From the NCBI GenBank assembly GCA_051955835.1, contig JBQCGH010000127.1, forward strand, positions 4,590 through 68,589: a stretch of 64,000 nucleotides of DNA, written 5' to 3'. Made by a program: the position numbers and the translations under genes. Below, one piece after another: positions 55,413 to 64,000 of this stretch. How positions within the stretch are numbered: position 1 is the first letter of the stretch; every line of letters begins with the position of its first letter. This DNA is from Gemmatimonadales bacterium. Its GTDB lineage: Bacteria > Gemmatimonadota > Gemmatimonadetes > Gemmatimonadales > GWC2-71-9. The notes below the pieces were generated by a model. The model saw only the letters and a program-made list of their open reading frames with translations, was not told the DNA's origin and searched no databases.

Positions 55413-56533
55413 TGCTCGGCGTCCTCGAGCTCGCCGGCCGCGGCAACGGCTTCCTTCGCCGCCGCGAGGCCGGTTACCTGCCCGATCGCGGCGATGTCCA
55501 CGTCGGGGAGCGGGTGATCCGCCAGTACGAGCTGCGCCCGGGCGACGAGATCGAGGGCCAGACCCGTCCGGGCGGCAAAGGACGTGGCCCGACGCTGGAG
55601 AAGGTGACCGCGCTGGGAGGGCGCGCGCCCGCCGACGTCCGCCGCCGCCCCGATTTCAGCCGCCTCGGCGCCATCCATCCCAACGAGCAGCTCCGGCTCG
55701 AGTGCGGCCTCGTCCGCCAGGGCCAGCCCGACTATACCAACCGGGTGATCGACATTCTCTGCCCCTTCGGCAAGGGTCAGCGCGCCCTCATCGTGGCCCC
55801 GGCGAAGGCCGGCAAAACGATGGTGCTGCAGAGCATCGCGGAGGGGATCAGCACCAACTACCCGCAGGCCACCCTGTACATGCTGCTGGTGGACGAGCGG
55901 CCCGAGGAAGTGTTCGAGATGGAATCGATGGGTGTGGGCGAGGTGATTGCCTCGAGCTTCGACAACCCCGCCCAGCAGCACGTCTCCGTCGCGGAGCTCA
56001 CCCTCGAGCGCGCGCGCCGTCGGGTGGAGATGGGCGAGGACGTGGTGATCATCGTGGACTCGCTCACGCGGCTCGCGCGGGCGTACAACACGGTCGAGAA
56101 GGGCACGGGCCGGACCCTGTCGGGGGGGCTCGATGCCCAGTCGCTCGAGCGGCCCAAGCGATTTCTCGGCAGCGCGCGGAAGATCGATGAGGCGCAGGGC
56201 GGCGGCTCGCTCACGATCATCGCGACGGCGCTGGTGGATACCGGCAGCCGGATGGATCAGGTGATCTTCGAGGAGTTCAAGGGCACCGGCAACAGCGAGC
56301 TGGCACTGAGTCGGGAGCTGGCCGAGCGGCGGATCTTTCCGGCAATCGATCTCGTCGCCAGCGCGACGCGCCGGGAGGAGCTGCTCCTCTCACCCGAGGC
56401 GCTGGCCGTGAGCCGGATGCTCCGGCAGCGGCTCGCCGGCATGACCCCGATCAACGCCATGAACGATCTGCTCACCGACCTTCGGCGCAATCGCACCAAC
56501 GAGGAGCTCGTCCGGGCGCTCGCGGCCGGCTGA
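55412..56533 (+). CDS. rho: Transcription termination factor Rho, lacking the N-terminal helical (Rho_N) subdomain
   Basis: Begins at the equivalent of E. coli residue ~48 (GVLELAGRGNGFLRR). P-loop APAKAGKT, LLVDERPEEV, SLTRLARAYN, GGGSLTIIATALVDTGS, EFKGTGNSEL, FPAIDL. The ATG overlaps the sufE stop (TGATG). Confidence 0.9.
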   Translation: MLGVLELAGRGNGFLRRREAGYLPDRGDVHVGERVIRQYELRPGDEIEGQTRPGGKGRGPTLEKVTALGGRAPADVRRRPDFSRLGAIHPNEQLRLECGLVRQGQPDYTNRVIDILCPFGKGQRALIVAPAKAGKTMVLQSIAEGISTNYPQATLYMLLVDERPEEVFEMESMGVGEVIASSFDNPAQQHVSVAELTLERARRRVEMGEDVVIIVDSLTRLARAYNTVEKGTGRTLSGGLDAQSLERPKRFLGSARKIDEAQGGGSLTIIATALVDTGSRMDQVIFEEFKGTGNSELALSRELAERRIFPAIDLVASATRREELLLSPEALAVSRMLRQRLAGMTPINAMNDLLTDLRRNRTNEELVRALAAG

Positions 56534-56596
56534 CCTCGGGGCGTGGTCGTCCGCTGGTCCCTTGCTCCCCTGCCCTCACCCTCACGCCCCTCTTAG

Positions 56597-57709
56597 CTAC
56601 GCCCGAGCCGCCGCCGCGCCTTTGTTCGCCCGCTCGAACTCCTTCATGAAGCCCACCAGCGCCTCGACGGCGGCCCGCGGACAGGCGTTGTAGATGCTCG
56701 CCCGCATGCCACCCACGCTCCGGTGGCCCTTGAGCCCATCGAGGCCACGCTTCGTGGCCTCGGCGATGAACTTGGTCTCCAGCTCTTCGGTCGGCGCGCG
56801 GAAGCAGACGTTCATGAGCGACCGGCTGTCGGGCTGTACCGTGCCGCGGAAGAACTCGCTCGCATCGATGTAGTCGTAGAGCACTTTCGCCTTGCTCGTG
56901 TTGTGCTCCGCCATCGCGGCCAGGCCGCCCTCCGACTGGATCCACTTGAACACTTCGCCGACCAGGTAGATGCCCAGCGTGGGCGGCGTGTTGTAGAGCG
57001 AGCGCTCGGCAACGAACGTGCGGTACTGCAGCATGGTCGGCAGCGTCTTCGGCCCGGTCTCCGCCAGGTCCTTCCGGATGAGCACGAGCACCGTCCCGGA
57101 GGGTCCGAGGTTCTTCTGGGCCCCGGCGTAGATCATCGCATACTTCCGCACGTCGATCGGCCGGCTGTACATGTCGCTCGACGTGTCGGCGATGAGAGGA
57201 ACGCCGGCGGGAACGGCCGGCTCGCTCTTCCACTGCGTGCCGTAGATCGTGTTGTTAGTCGTGAGATGCACGTACGCCGGGGCGGACGAATAGCGGATCT
57301 CGTCGGCCCCGGGGATCCGGTCGAAGTTCGTCGCCTCACTGCTGCAGGCGACGTGCACCTTGCCGCCGAGGATCTTGGCTTCCTTGATGGCCTTCTGCGA
57401 CCAGACGCCGGTATTGAGATAGTCGGCCGTTCGGTCGCCCGGCAGGAAGTTCATCGGCACCATCGAGAACTGGAGCGATGCCCCGCCTTGCAGGAACAGC
57501 ACCGCGTAGTCGTCGGGGATGTCGGCCAGCGCGCGGCAGTTCGCCTCGGCCTCCGCGATGATCTTCTCGAACACCTTGCCCCGATGGCTGTGCTCCATGA
57601 TGCCGATGCCGCTCCCGGCCACGTTCCAGATCGCCTCCTGCGCCTTACGGAGCACGGGCTCGGGCAGGACGGCGGGGCCGGCGGAGAAGTTGTGGATGCG
57701 GTCGCTCAT
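56597..57709 (-). CDS. serC: Phosphoserine aminotransferase
   Basis: [19 protein letters not shown], typical SerC length (370 aa). Confidence 0.9.
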   Translation of the reverse strand: MSDRIHNFSAGPAVLPEPVLRKAQEAIWNVAGSGIGIMEHSHRGKVFEKIIAEAEANCRALADIPDDYAVLFLQGGASLQFSMVPMNFLPGDRTADYLNTGVWSQKAIKEAKILGGKVHVACSSEATNFDRIPGADEIRYSSAPAYVHLTTNNTIYGTQWKSEPAVPAGVPLIADTSSDMYSRPIDVRKYAMIYAGAQKNLGPSGTVLVLIRKDLAETGPKTLPTMLQYRTFVAERSLYNTPPTLGIYLVGEVFKWIQSEGGLAAMAEHNTSKAKVLYDYIDASEFFRGTVQPDSRSLMNVCFRAPTEELETKFIAEATKRGLDGLKGHRSVGGMRASIYNACPRAAVEALVGFMKEFERANKGAAAARA

Positions 57710-57747
57710 GTGGGGTCCTCGTAAGTGTCGCGGCCTGACGAGGCCGC

Positions 57748-58968
57748 CTATCCGGCCTTCCCATCGATCCGGTTCAGCTCCACGCTGATGATGTCCGGGT
57801 TGCCGCCCCGGATGCGCTCAAGGGCCCCGTTGTCCGGCACGCCGTCGAGGTGAATCCGCGCCAGCGTCGCCTGCGCACCGTGGTAGATGATGTTCTCGAC
57901 CTCTTCCACGTTGATGGCACCGCCGGCGAGCACGCTGAACACGTGGGCCAGCACGCCGGGCCGGTTTCGGTGTCGGATCGACAGCACGTGCGTCGCCGAG
58001 CTCCGGGCCAGGCGATTCACCACGTTGGGCACCTCGCCCGTGGCCTGGAACGTCTGCACGATGCGGATGACCTCGTGCGCGATCGCCACCTGCGCCTGAT
58101 CGGTGGAGGCGCCCACGTGATGCGTTCCGTAGACGCCCGGCGCCTTCACGATCGCATTGCCGAAGGTCCCGGTTTGCCCCGCGGGCTCGCCCTCGAAGAC
58201 GTCGAGACCGGCCCGGATGCCCTTCTCACGCACCGCCTGCTCCAGCGCCGCCTCGTCCACCACCGACCCGCGCGACGTGTTGATGAGATACGCGCCGGGT
58301 CGCATCGCCGCCAGGAACTCGGCGTTCACCAGGTGCTTCGTGTCCGCGTTGGCCGAGACGTTGATGGTGACCGCATCGGCGAGCCGCGCGACCTCGAGCG
58401 GCGTCTGGGCGTAGACCACGCCCAGACGCTCGGCCTCTTCATGCGTAAGGCTCCGCGACCATGCGATGACGCGCATCCCGAACGCGTGCGCCCGTGAGGC
58501 GATCTCCCGGCCGATCCGTCCCAGACCCACGATCCCGAGCCGGCGCCCATGGAGTCCCCGCGCCTTGGAATACTCGCCCTTGTTCCAGGCGCCGGCGCGC
58601 AGATCCGCGGCCTGGTCGGGGATCCGGCGGTCGCACGAGAGGAGCAGACCCAGTACCAGCTCGGCTACCGCGATGGAGTTCTTGCCCGGACAGTTGGAAA
58701 CGAAGACGCCGAGGCTCGATGCCGTGGCCACGTCGATCGTGTCGATGCCGGCGCCCGCCCGGATGACCAGGGTGAGCGCCGTGCCCGCCCCGAGCGCCTC
58801 GGCCGAGACCTTTTTCCCGCGGACGATCAGGATGTGCGGGTCGGCCGCCTTGATGGCCGCGGGAAGGCCCTCGGCCTTCACGTCGGGCTGCGACACCACC
58901 GTGCAGCCCAGCTCCTTGAGGCCGTCGATGCCGACCTTCTCGAACTTGTCCGCGATCAACACCTTCAT
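57748..58968 (-). CDS. serA: D-3-phosphoglycerate dehydrogenase with C-terminal ACT domain
   Basis: [16 protein letters not shown] motif, catalytic region [10 protein letters not shown]...[11 protein letters not shown]-like tail. Confidence 0.9.
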   Translation of the reverse strand: MKVLIADKFEKVGIDGLKELGCTVVSQPDVKAEGLPAAIKAADPHILIVRGKKVSAEALGAGTALTLVIRAGAGIDTIDVATASSLGVFVSNCPGKNSIAVAELVLGLLLSCDRRIPDQAADLRAGAWNKGEYSKARGLHGRRLGIVGLGRIGREIASRAHAFGMRVIAWSRSLTHEEAERLGVVYAQTPLEVARLADAVTINVSANADTKHLVNAEFLAAMRPGAYLINTSRGSVVDEAALEQAVREKGIRAGLDVFEGEPAGQTGTFGNAIVKAPGVYGTHHVGASTDQAQVAIAHEVIRIVQTFQATGEVPNVVNRLARSSATHVLSIRHRNRPGVLAHVFSVLAGGAINVEEVENIIYHGAQATLARIHLDGVPDNGALERIRGGNPDIISVELNRIDGKAG

Positions 58969-58998
58969 GCGCCGCCGCTCCGCCCGGTTTCGGTGAGC

Positions 58999-60222
58999 CT
59001 ACAAGGTATGCACGAAGAGCCCGCTGCGCAGCTTGGGCTCGAACCACGTGCTCTTGGGCGGCATGCTCTGGCCGGCGTCGGCCACGGCCATGAGCTGCTC
59101 GACGGTCGTGGGATACAGCGAGAATGCGATTGCCATCTCCCCCGACCGAACCCGGCGCTCGAGCTCGGAGGCGCCGCGGATGCCGCCGACGAAGTCGATC
59201 CGCTTGTCGGTGCGCGGGTCGCCCACGCCGAGAATCGGACCGAGCACCCGATCCTGCAGCAGCGACACGTCGAGCGAGGCGATCGGGTCACGCCGGTCGA
59301 TGGTGGATTCGTCCAGCTCGAGCCGGTACCACGCGCCCAGCAGGTAGAAGCAGACCGTGCCCGGCCGGGGCGGTGAGGGATCGTCGGTGACGGTGACCCG
59401 ACCGACGTGCGACAGCCGGCCCAACAGCTCCGGCGCGCCCATGCCGCCACAATCACGTACCAGCCGGTTGTAGGGCAGGATCCGCAGCTCGTCGGCGGGG
59501 AACAGCACGGCGAGAAACCAGTTGTACTCGCCGCTGCCGCGATGCTGGACCGGCGCATTCCGGAGCTCGCGGCCCGCGCGCCAGGCGCTGGCGGAGCGAT
59601 GGTGTCCGTCCGCGACGTAGGCCAGCGGCACCGGGCGGAAGGCATCCACGAAGGGTGCCGGGTCGGCGATGCGCCAGACGGTGTGGCGCACGCCGTCGGG
59701 CGCGGTGAAGTCGTACAGCGGCGGGCCCTGCGCGGCCGCGCTCGAGAGCTCGCCGATCTCCTGCCGCCCGCGATAGGTCAGGAACACCGGCTCCGCGTTG
59801 GCCCGGAGGGTCAGGACGTGGCGGGTGCGGTCGTCCTCCTTGTCCTGCCGCGTCTTTTCGTGCTTCCGGATGATGTCGCGCTCGTAGTCGTCGATGTGCA
59901 CGCAGCCGACGACCCCGGTCTGGGCAACGCCGTTCATGACCTGCCGATACAGATAGAGCGACGGCTCGCCCTCCCGGATTAGGGTGCCGTCCGCCTGGAA
60001 GCGATCCAGCGCCTCGCGCGCCTTGGCATAAATCCGGGGGTCGTGCGGATCGGCCTCGGCCGGCAGATCGATGTCGGAGCGGCCGACGTGCAGGAAGCTG
60101 TACGGGTTCCCCTCGGCCAGCGTCGCTGCCTCGGCACGGTTCACGACGTCGTACGGGACGGACGCCACCCTCTCGGCGAGGTCGGGCGCGGGACGAAGGG
60201 CGCGGAAGGGATGGAGACGCAT
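58999..60222 (-). CDS. DUF1015 family protein
   Basis: MRLHPFRALRPAPDLAERVASVPYDVV...YVADGHHR... is the characteristic DUF1015 pattern. Co-directional with serA-serC. Confidence 0.8.
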   Translation of the reverse strand: MRLHPFRALRPAPDLAERVASVPYDVVNRAEAATLAEGNPYSFLHVGRSDIDLPAEADPHDPRIYAKAREALDRFQADGTLIREGEPSLYLYRQVMNGVAQTGVVGCVHIDDYERDIIRKHEKTRQDKEDDRTRHVLTLRANAEPVFLTYRGRQEIGELSSAAAQGPPLYDFTAPDGVRHTVWRIADPAPFVDAFRPVPLAYVADGHHRSASAWRAGRELRNAPVQHRGSGEYNWFLAVLFPADELRILPYNRLVRDCGGMGAPELLGRLSHVGRVTVTDDPSPPRPGTVCFYLLGAWYRLELDESTIDRRDPIASLDVSLLQDRVLGPILGVGDPRTDKRIDFVGGIRGASELERRVRSGEMAIAFSLYPTTVEQLMAVADAGQSMPPKSTWFEPKLRSGLFVHTL

Positions 60223-60250
60223 GGGGGGAAAGTAATGGGACCCCGCGGCA

Positions 60251-61846
60251 CTACCGCTCGCCCGGTCTCATCACCCGCTCGGCCGCCGCCAGGACCGCGT
60301 CGACCACGAAGGCGAGCGCCGCCGCGGGCAGCGCGCCCGAGAGGATCATGCGGGTATCGCTGAGCGCGAGACCCGACGCGATCGGATCGCCCAGTCCGCC
60401 GGCGCCGATGAACGCCGCGAGCGTCGCGGTGCCGACGTTGATGACGGCGGCGGTGCGAATGCCCGCCATGATGAGCGGCGCGGCGAGCGGGAGGCGCACG
60501 TAGCGCAGGATCTGCCGCGGCGTCATCCCCAGCGCGAGCGCGGCACCCACCGCCTCCGGGGCGGCATCGCGCACGCCGGTATAGGTGTTTCTCAGAATCG
60601 GGTAGAGCGAGTAGAGGAACAGCGCGACCAGCGCCGGCACCACCCCGATACCGAGCAGCGGGATCATGAACGCGATGAGCGCGATGCCCGGGATCGTCTG
60701 CAGCAGTCCCACCGTCCGGATCACGGCCTCGGCGCTGCGACGGACACGCTCGAGGCCGAGGCCGAGCGGCACGGCGACCAGAATGGCGGCGGCCAGCGAT
60801 ACGATGACGAGCAGCACATGGCGCGCCGTCAGCGAGAGCAGCGTCTGGCGCTCGGACCAGAGATAGGCACCCAGACCTGTCCGCGCGGGGCGGCCCGCCG
60901 TATCACCGGGCCCGGGGCGACCGAGTGACGCGGCGCGCGTGAGACCGAGCGAGGCGAGCGCGGAGGCGGCGACCCGCGCCACGGGCTCCCCCTCCACCTC
61001 GACGCGCTGGTTGAGCGCGCGCATCGTGGACTCACCCAGGCGGCCGCTCAGCTCGGTCAACGCCGTCACCGCATCCGGCCGCCGGGCGCTGAACCCCGGC
61101 GCCACCAGCGCCGCGGCTTGGTAGGGCGGGAAGAAGGCGCGGTCATCCTCCAGCACGACGAGGTCGTACTTCGCGATGAAGCCGTCCGTGCTGTAGCCGT
61201 CGATTACATCCACCTCGCCCGCGGCCAACGCCTGATACTTGACCGCGGGCAGCAGCGCGCGGACCGCCCGGAACCGGAGGCCATACACGCGCTGGAGACC
61301 CGGCAGGCCGTCGTCCCGCCCGATGAAGTCCGGCGTGAGTCCAGCGCGCAGCGCCCGTGCGACGCGGGCCAGGTCGCTCAGCGTCCTGAGATGCAAACTG
61401 TCCGCGGTCGCCCTGCGCACCGCGACCGCGTAGGTGTTCTGGAAGCCGAGCGGCGGGAGCCAGCGCACGCCGTAGCGGGGGGCGAATTCGCGGGAGACGC
61501 GATCGTAGACCTCTCGAGGGTCGGCACTCGGCCGGTCGTGGAGGATCGCGAGCAATCCGGTGCCGGTGTACTCCGGATACACGTCGATCGCCCCGCGTTG
61601 GAGCGCGGTGAATGCGATCTGCGTGGCGCCCAGTCCGAGCCGGCGCTCGGCGCGGATGCCGCGGGCCTCGAGCAGCTGAGCGAACATCTCGGCGAGCAGG
61701 TACGACTCGCCGAACGGCTTCGAGGCCACGATCACCGGGCGATCGGTGGGCCGGTTCTGCGCCGCCGCGGGGGGAAGCGACAGCACCAGCAGCCCTATTG
61801 CGCCGCAGGCGAGCGCCCAGACGAGGCGGAGCCCGGCCTTTCTCAC
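60251..61846 (-). CDS. Osmoprotectant (glycine betaine/choline-type) ABC transporter, fused substrate-binding and permease protein
   Basis: GTG 61846 overlaps the ATPase stop (GTGA). Signal/TM, then OpuAC-like SBP (VIVASKPFGESYLLAEMFAQLLE...DVYPEYTG), then BPD permease (LLQTIPGIALIAFMIPLLGIG...). Confidence 0.8.
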   Translation of the reverse strand: MRKAGLRLVWALACGAIGLLVLSLPPAAAQNRPTDRPVIVASKPFGESYLLAEMFAQLLEARGIRAERRLGLGATQIAFTALQRGAIDVYPEYTGTGLLAILHDRPSADPREVYDRVSREFAPRYGVRWLPPLGFQNTYAVAVRRATADSLHLRTLSDLARVARALRAGLTPDFIGRDDGLPGLQRVYGLRFRAVRALLPAVKYQALAAGEVDVIDGYSTDGFIAKYDLVVLEDDRAFFPPYQAAALVAPGFSARRPDAVTALTELSGRLGESTMRALNQRVEVEGEPVARVAASALASLGLTRAASLGRPGPGDTAGRPARTGLGAYLWSERQTLLSLTARHVLLVIVSLAAAILVAVPLGLGLERVRRSAEAVIRTVGLLQTIPGIALIAFMIPLLGIGVVPALVALFLYSLYPILRNTYTGVRDAAPEAVGAALALGMTPRQILRYVRLPLAAPLIMAGIRTAAVINVGTATLAAFIGAGGLGDPIASGLALSDTRMILSGALPAAALAFVVDAVLAAAERVMRPGER

Positions 61847-62580
61847 GTACTCACCCGCGCGCGAGCGAGCAGCGCGCGCACGTAGTCGGTGGCGGGCCTG
61901 GCACGAAGCTCCGCCGGCGCAGCAATCTGCTCGATTCGCCCGCGGTGCATGACCGCTACGCGGTCGGCGAGCAGAAACGCCTCGGTGAGATCGTGGGTCA
62001 CGAGGAGAGTGGTGAAGCCGAGGCGCCGGCGGAGATCGAGCAGCGTGTTCTGGAGGTCCGCGCGGGTGATCGCGTCGAGCGCCCCGAAGGGCTCGTCGAG
62101 CAGCACGATGTCGGGACTCGCCGCGAGGGCGCGTGCCACCGCCACCCGTTGACGTTGCCCGCCGGAGAGCTCCCGCGGCCAGCGCTCGATCACCCCCGCC
62201 TCGAGGCCGACGAGCTCGAGCGCGCGCGCGCCGAGCCGCTGGGCATCCGGTGAGCCGCGGAGCCACGGCACCAGCGCGGCATTGCGCCCCACCCGCCAGT
62301 GCGGCAGGAGCCCGCCTTCCTGCGGCACGTAGCCCACCCGCCGACGGAGCGCGATCGGGTCCGCCTGGGCGACGTCCGCGCCATCCACCATCACGGATCC
62401 GACGTCCGGCTCGGTCAGGCGGTTGAAGCAGCGGAGCAGCGTGGTCTTTCCCGATCCGCTCTCCCCGATCAGGGCGGTGCACTCGCCTTGGCGCACGTCC
62501 AGGGACACGCAGTCGAGCGCGAGGACCGCCCCGTAGCGCTTCGTGACTTCGCGCGCGGCGAGTGCAACGGGATCAGACAT
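61843..62580 (-). CDS. ABC transporter ATP-binding protein (osmoprotectant system; no CBS tail)
   Basis: GESGSGKTT, LSGGQRQRVAVARAL, VLLDEPFGALD. Confidence 0.9.
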   Translation of the reverse strand: MSDPVALAAREVTKRYGAVLALDCVSLDVRQGECTALIGESGSGKTTLLRCFNRLTEPDVGSVMVDGADVAQADPIALRRRVGYVPQEGGLLPHWRVGRNAALVPWLRGSPDAQRLGARALELVGLEAGVIERWPRELSGGQRQRVAVARALAASPDIVLLDEPFGALDAITRADLQNTLLDLRRRLGFTTLLVTHDLTEAFLLADRVAVMHRGRIEQIAAPAELRARPATDYVRALLARARVST

Positions 62581-62977
62581 CGGGACAAGTTACGCGAAGG
62601 TCAGTGGCGGCGCCCGTCGAGAGACGAACCTCCAAGGCTCGACCGCGCAAATCTCCGCACCGCACGGACTCCCGCCCCTCGCACGTACGATCTCGCAAAC
62701 TACGAGGAACGTCGAGCAGCAAATCAGGGGAGGATTCGCCAACCATTGCACGCCTTACGGTGACACCTGGACGTGCCTGATTCGCCATCGTCGCGCCGTA
62801 CCCGATAAGCGGTTCGCGTGGTGGAGGTTCGCGGTGCGTTGCTGAGGGCGACTCCGCCACCCGCCGCCCAGTCGAGTTCGCGCTCGCCCCCGTTCGCTTC
62901 ATGCAGAAAGGTGCAGCCAACCCGAGCATGAATTTGGCATCCCAGAATGCATCCCACGCCACCGTTGCCGAGGGAGC

Positions 62978-64000
62978 ATGTACCGGATCGAGCTGACGCC
63001 CGGGGAAGTCACTGTGTTCCGGACGATCGAGGAGCTCGCCACCGGCGTGCGCAACGGCCTGATCTCGCCCAAGGCGCGGATCTTCCACAACGCGTCCGCC
63101 AAGTGGCTGCCGATCGAGTTCCATCCCCACTACAAGGCGGCACTCGCCCTGCTGGCCGGCCGACCCAGCGACACGACGGTCTCTGCGCCGAAACCGGCTG
63201 AGCCGCCGAGCTTCGAGAACCTGAGCTTCCTCAAGCCGCAGAGCGAGAAGCTCTCGGGCGACAAATCATCGGGCGACAAACCATTGGGTGACAAGCCGGC
63301 GATCGAGCAGGTGCCGAGCGTCACGCCCCCGGGCGACAACCAGCCCGCGGGAAGTCCCCGGGGCGAGAAGGCTGTGAAGCTACCGGCGCGCGAGGTTCAG
63401 GAGCCGGTCAAGTCAGCTCGCCAGACGGACGATGTGCAGGCAGGCCTGTCTCGAAACGCCGCGAGGGTTTTGGCGCGGGACCCGGGAACGCAAATCGGCG
63501 CGCCAGAGGTGCCCGGCGCGCCCAGGTCCGGTCGGTCCCCGGCCTCACGGTCGCCGTTTGGCCTCCCATTGCGGGTGGAACTCGAGGGAGAGCCCGAGCA
63601 CCGACCTGCACCGCCACGGGCGCCTCCGCGCCTGCGCGATCCCTTCTTCGACACCGACGCCTCGGACGAGCAGAGCATGGATGGGGACGCCCGCCTGACT
63701 TCCGTGGCGCCGCCCCCGATCGTGCCGCGGTCGCTTCCGAGCGTGACCGCGTCGCCCGTGCTCGAGCTCCCCAAGATCTCGTACCCGGAATTCAGGCCGG
63801 CGGAGCCGCCGGTGACCGAATCTTCATCGGCCGGGCGCCCGCGGCGGCGGCTGGTGTACGTCGCGGGTGTACTGGTCGTCCTCGCGGCCGGCGGCTATGG
63901 AGCGTCGCTCGTGCTCTCGCCTGCCTGGCACGACCCCGCCAGGACGGAGCGTCCCGCCGCCACGATGCCCTCGCCCGCGATGGCGCCCGACGTGCATCCG
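62978..64000 (+). CDS. GYF_2 (DUF4339)-domain protein with Pro-rich linker and TM helix, 3' end beyond the window
   Basis: Not in the track because it runs off the right edge. Hand translation from ATG 62978 (GAGGGAG upstream): MYRIELTPGEVTVFRTIEELATGVRNGLISPKARIFHNASAKWLPIEFHPHY. Then SGDKSSGDKPLGDKP repeats, and later RRRLVYVAGVLVVLAAGGYGASLVL. The frame stays open to 64000. Confidence 0.7.
   Translation, partial: MYRIELTPGEVTVFRTIEELATGVRNGLISPKARIFHNASAKWLPIEFHPHYKAALALLAGRPSDTTVSAPKPAEPPSFENLSFLKPQSEKLSGDKSSGDKPLGDKPAIEQVPSVTPPGDNQPAGSPRGEKAVKLPAREVQEPVKSARQTDDVQAGLSRNAARVLARDPGTQIGAPEVPGAPRSGRSPASRSPFGLPLRVELEGEPEHRPAPPRAPPRLRDPFFDTDASDEQSMDGDARLTSVAPPPIVPRSLPSVTASPVLELPKISYPEFRPAEPPVTESSSAGRPRRRLVYVAGVLVVLAAGGYGASLVLSPAWHDPARTERPAATMPSPAMAPDVHP

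Overview
Very GC-rich bacterial chromosomal segment. Third codon positions are almost all G/C, and nearly every real gene has a long 'mirror' ORF on the opposite strand. The protein repertoire suggests a Gemmatimonadota/Acidobacteriota-like soil bacterium: many Hanks kinases with TolB-like or TPR ectodomains, CarboxypepD_reg/TonB-like proteins and BON/stress proteins. This taxonomic guess is inference only. I call about 55 protein-coding genes and see no rRNA, tRNA, CRISPR, transposase, integrase or recognisable defence system. From left to right the window contains: (1) a minus-strand array at 1-11309 in which four Hanks Ser/Thr kinases bracket an uncharacterised-type ABC importer (SBP/permease/ATPase) that carries an embedded STAS-domain protein; (2) a secreted protein with five DUF3011-like Cys repeats; (3) a signalling cluster of GGDEF-EAL, SYLF, a tail-anchored kinase and an MCP; (4) a cyanophycin island with iadA, a PAS histidine kinase, cyanophycinase, CphA1 and a CphA paralogue lacking the ATP-grasp domain, with an arginase 6 kb away; (5) a stress-type neighbourhood with a tail-anchored AAA+ ATPase, a BON protein carrying a ~215-aa GYGQ low-complexity domain, an atypical receiver, an ATL protein, YihY, DUF3618 and a holin-like protein; (6) redox/thiol genes: qor-sseA, and an ergothioneine operon egtB-egtD-egtA preceded by an RclA-like disulfide reductase; (7) housekeeping genes: ada, cimA, sufE-rho, serA-serC-DUF1015 and an osmoprotectant ABC system. 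The most noteworthy non-genic signals are a promoter, a leader ORF with tandem ATT Ile codons and a perfect terminator directly upstream of cimA. Also notable are in-phase GTGAG/GTAAG heptamer arrays and inverted repeats in several intergenic regions. Finally, three genes have an essential N-terminal segment that lies upstream of any ATG/GTG/TTG. All functional calls rest on motif recognition by eye in the supplied translations. No database search was run.
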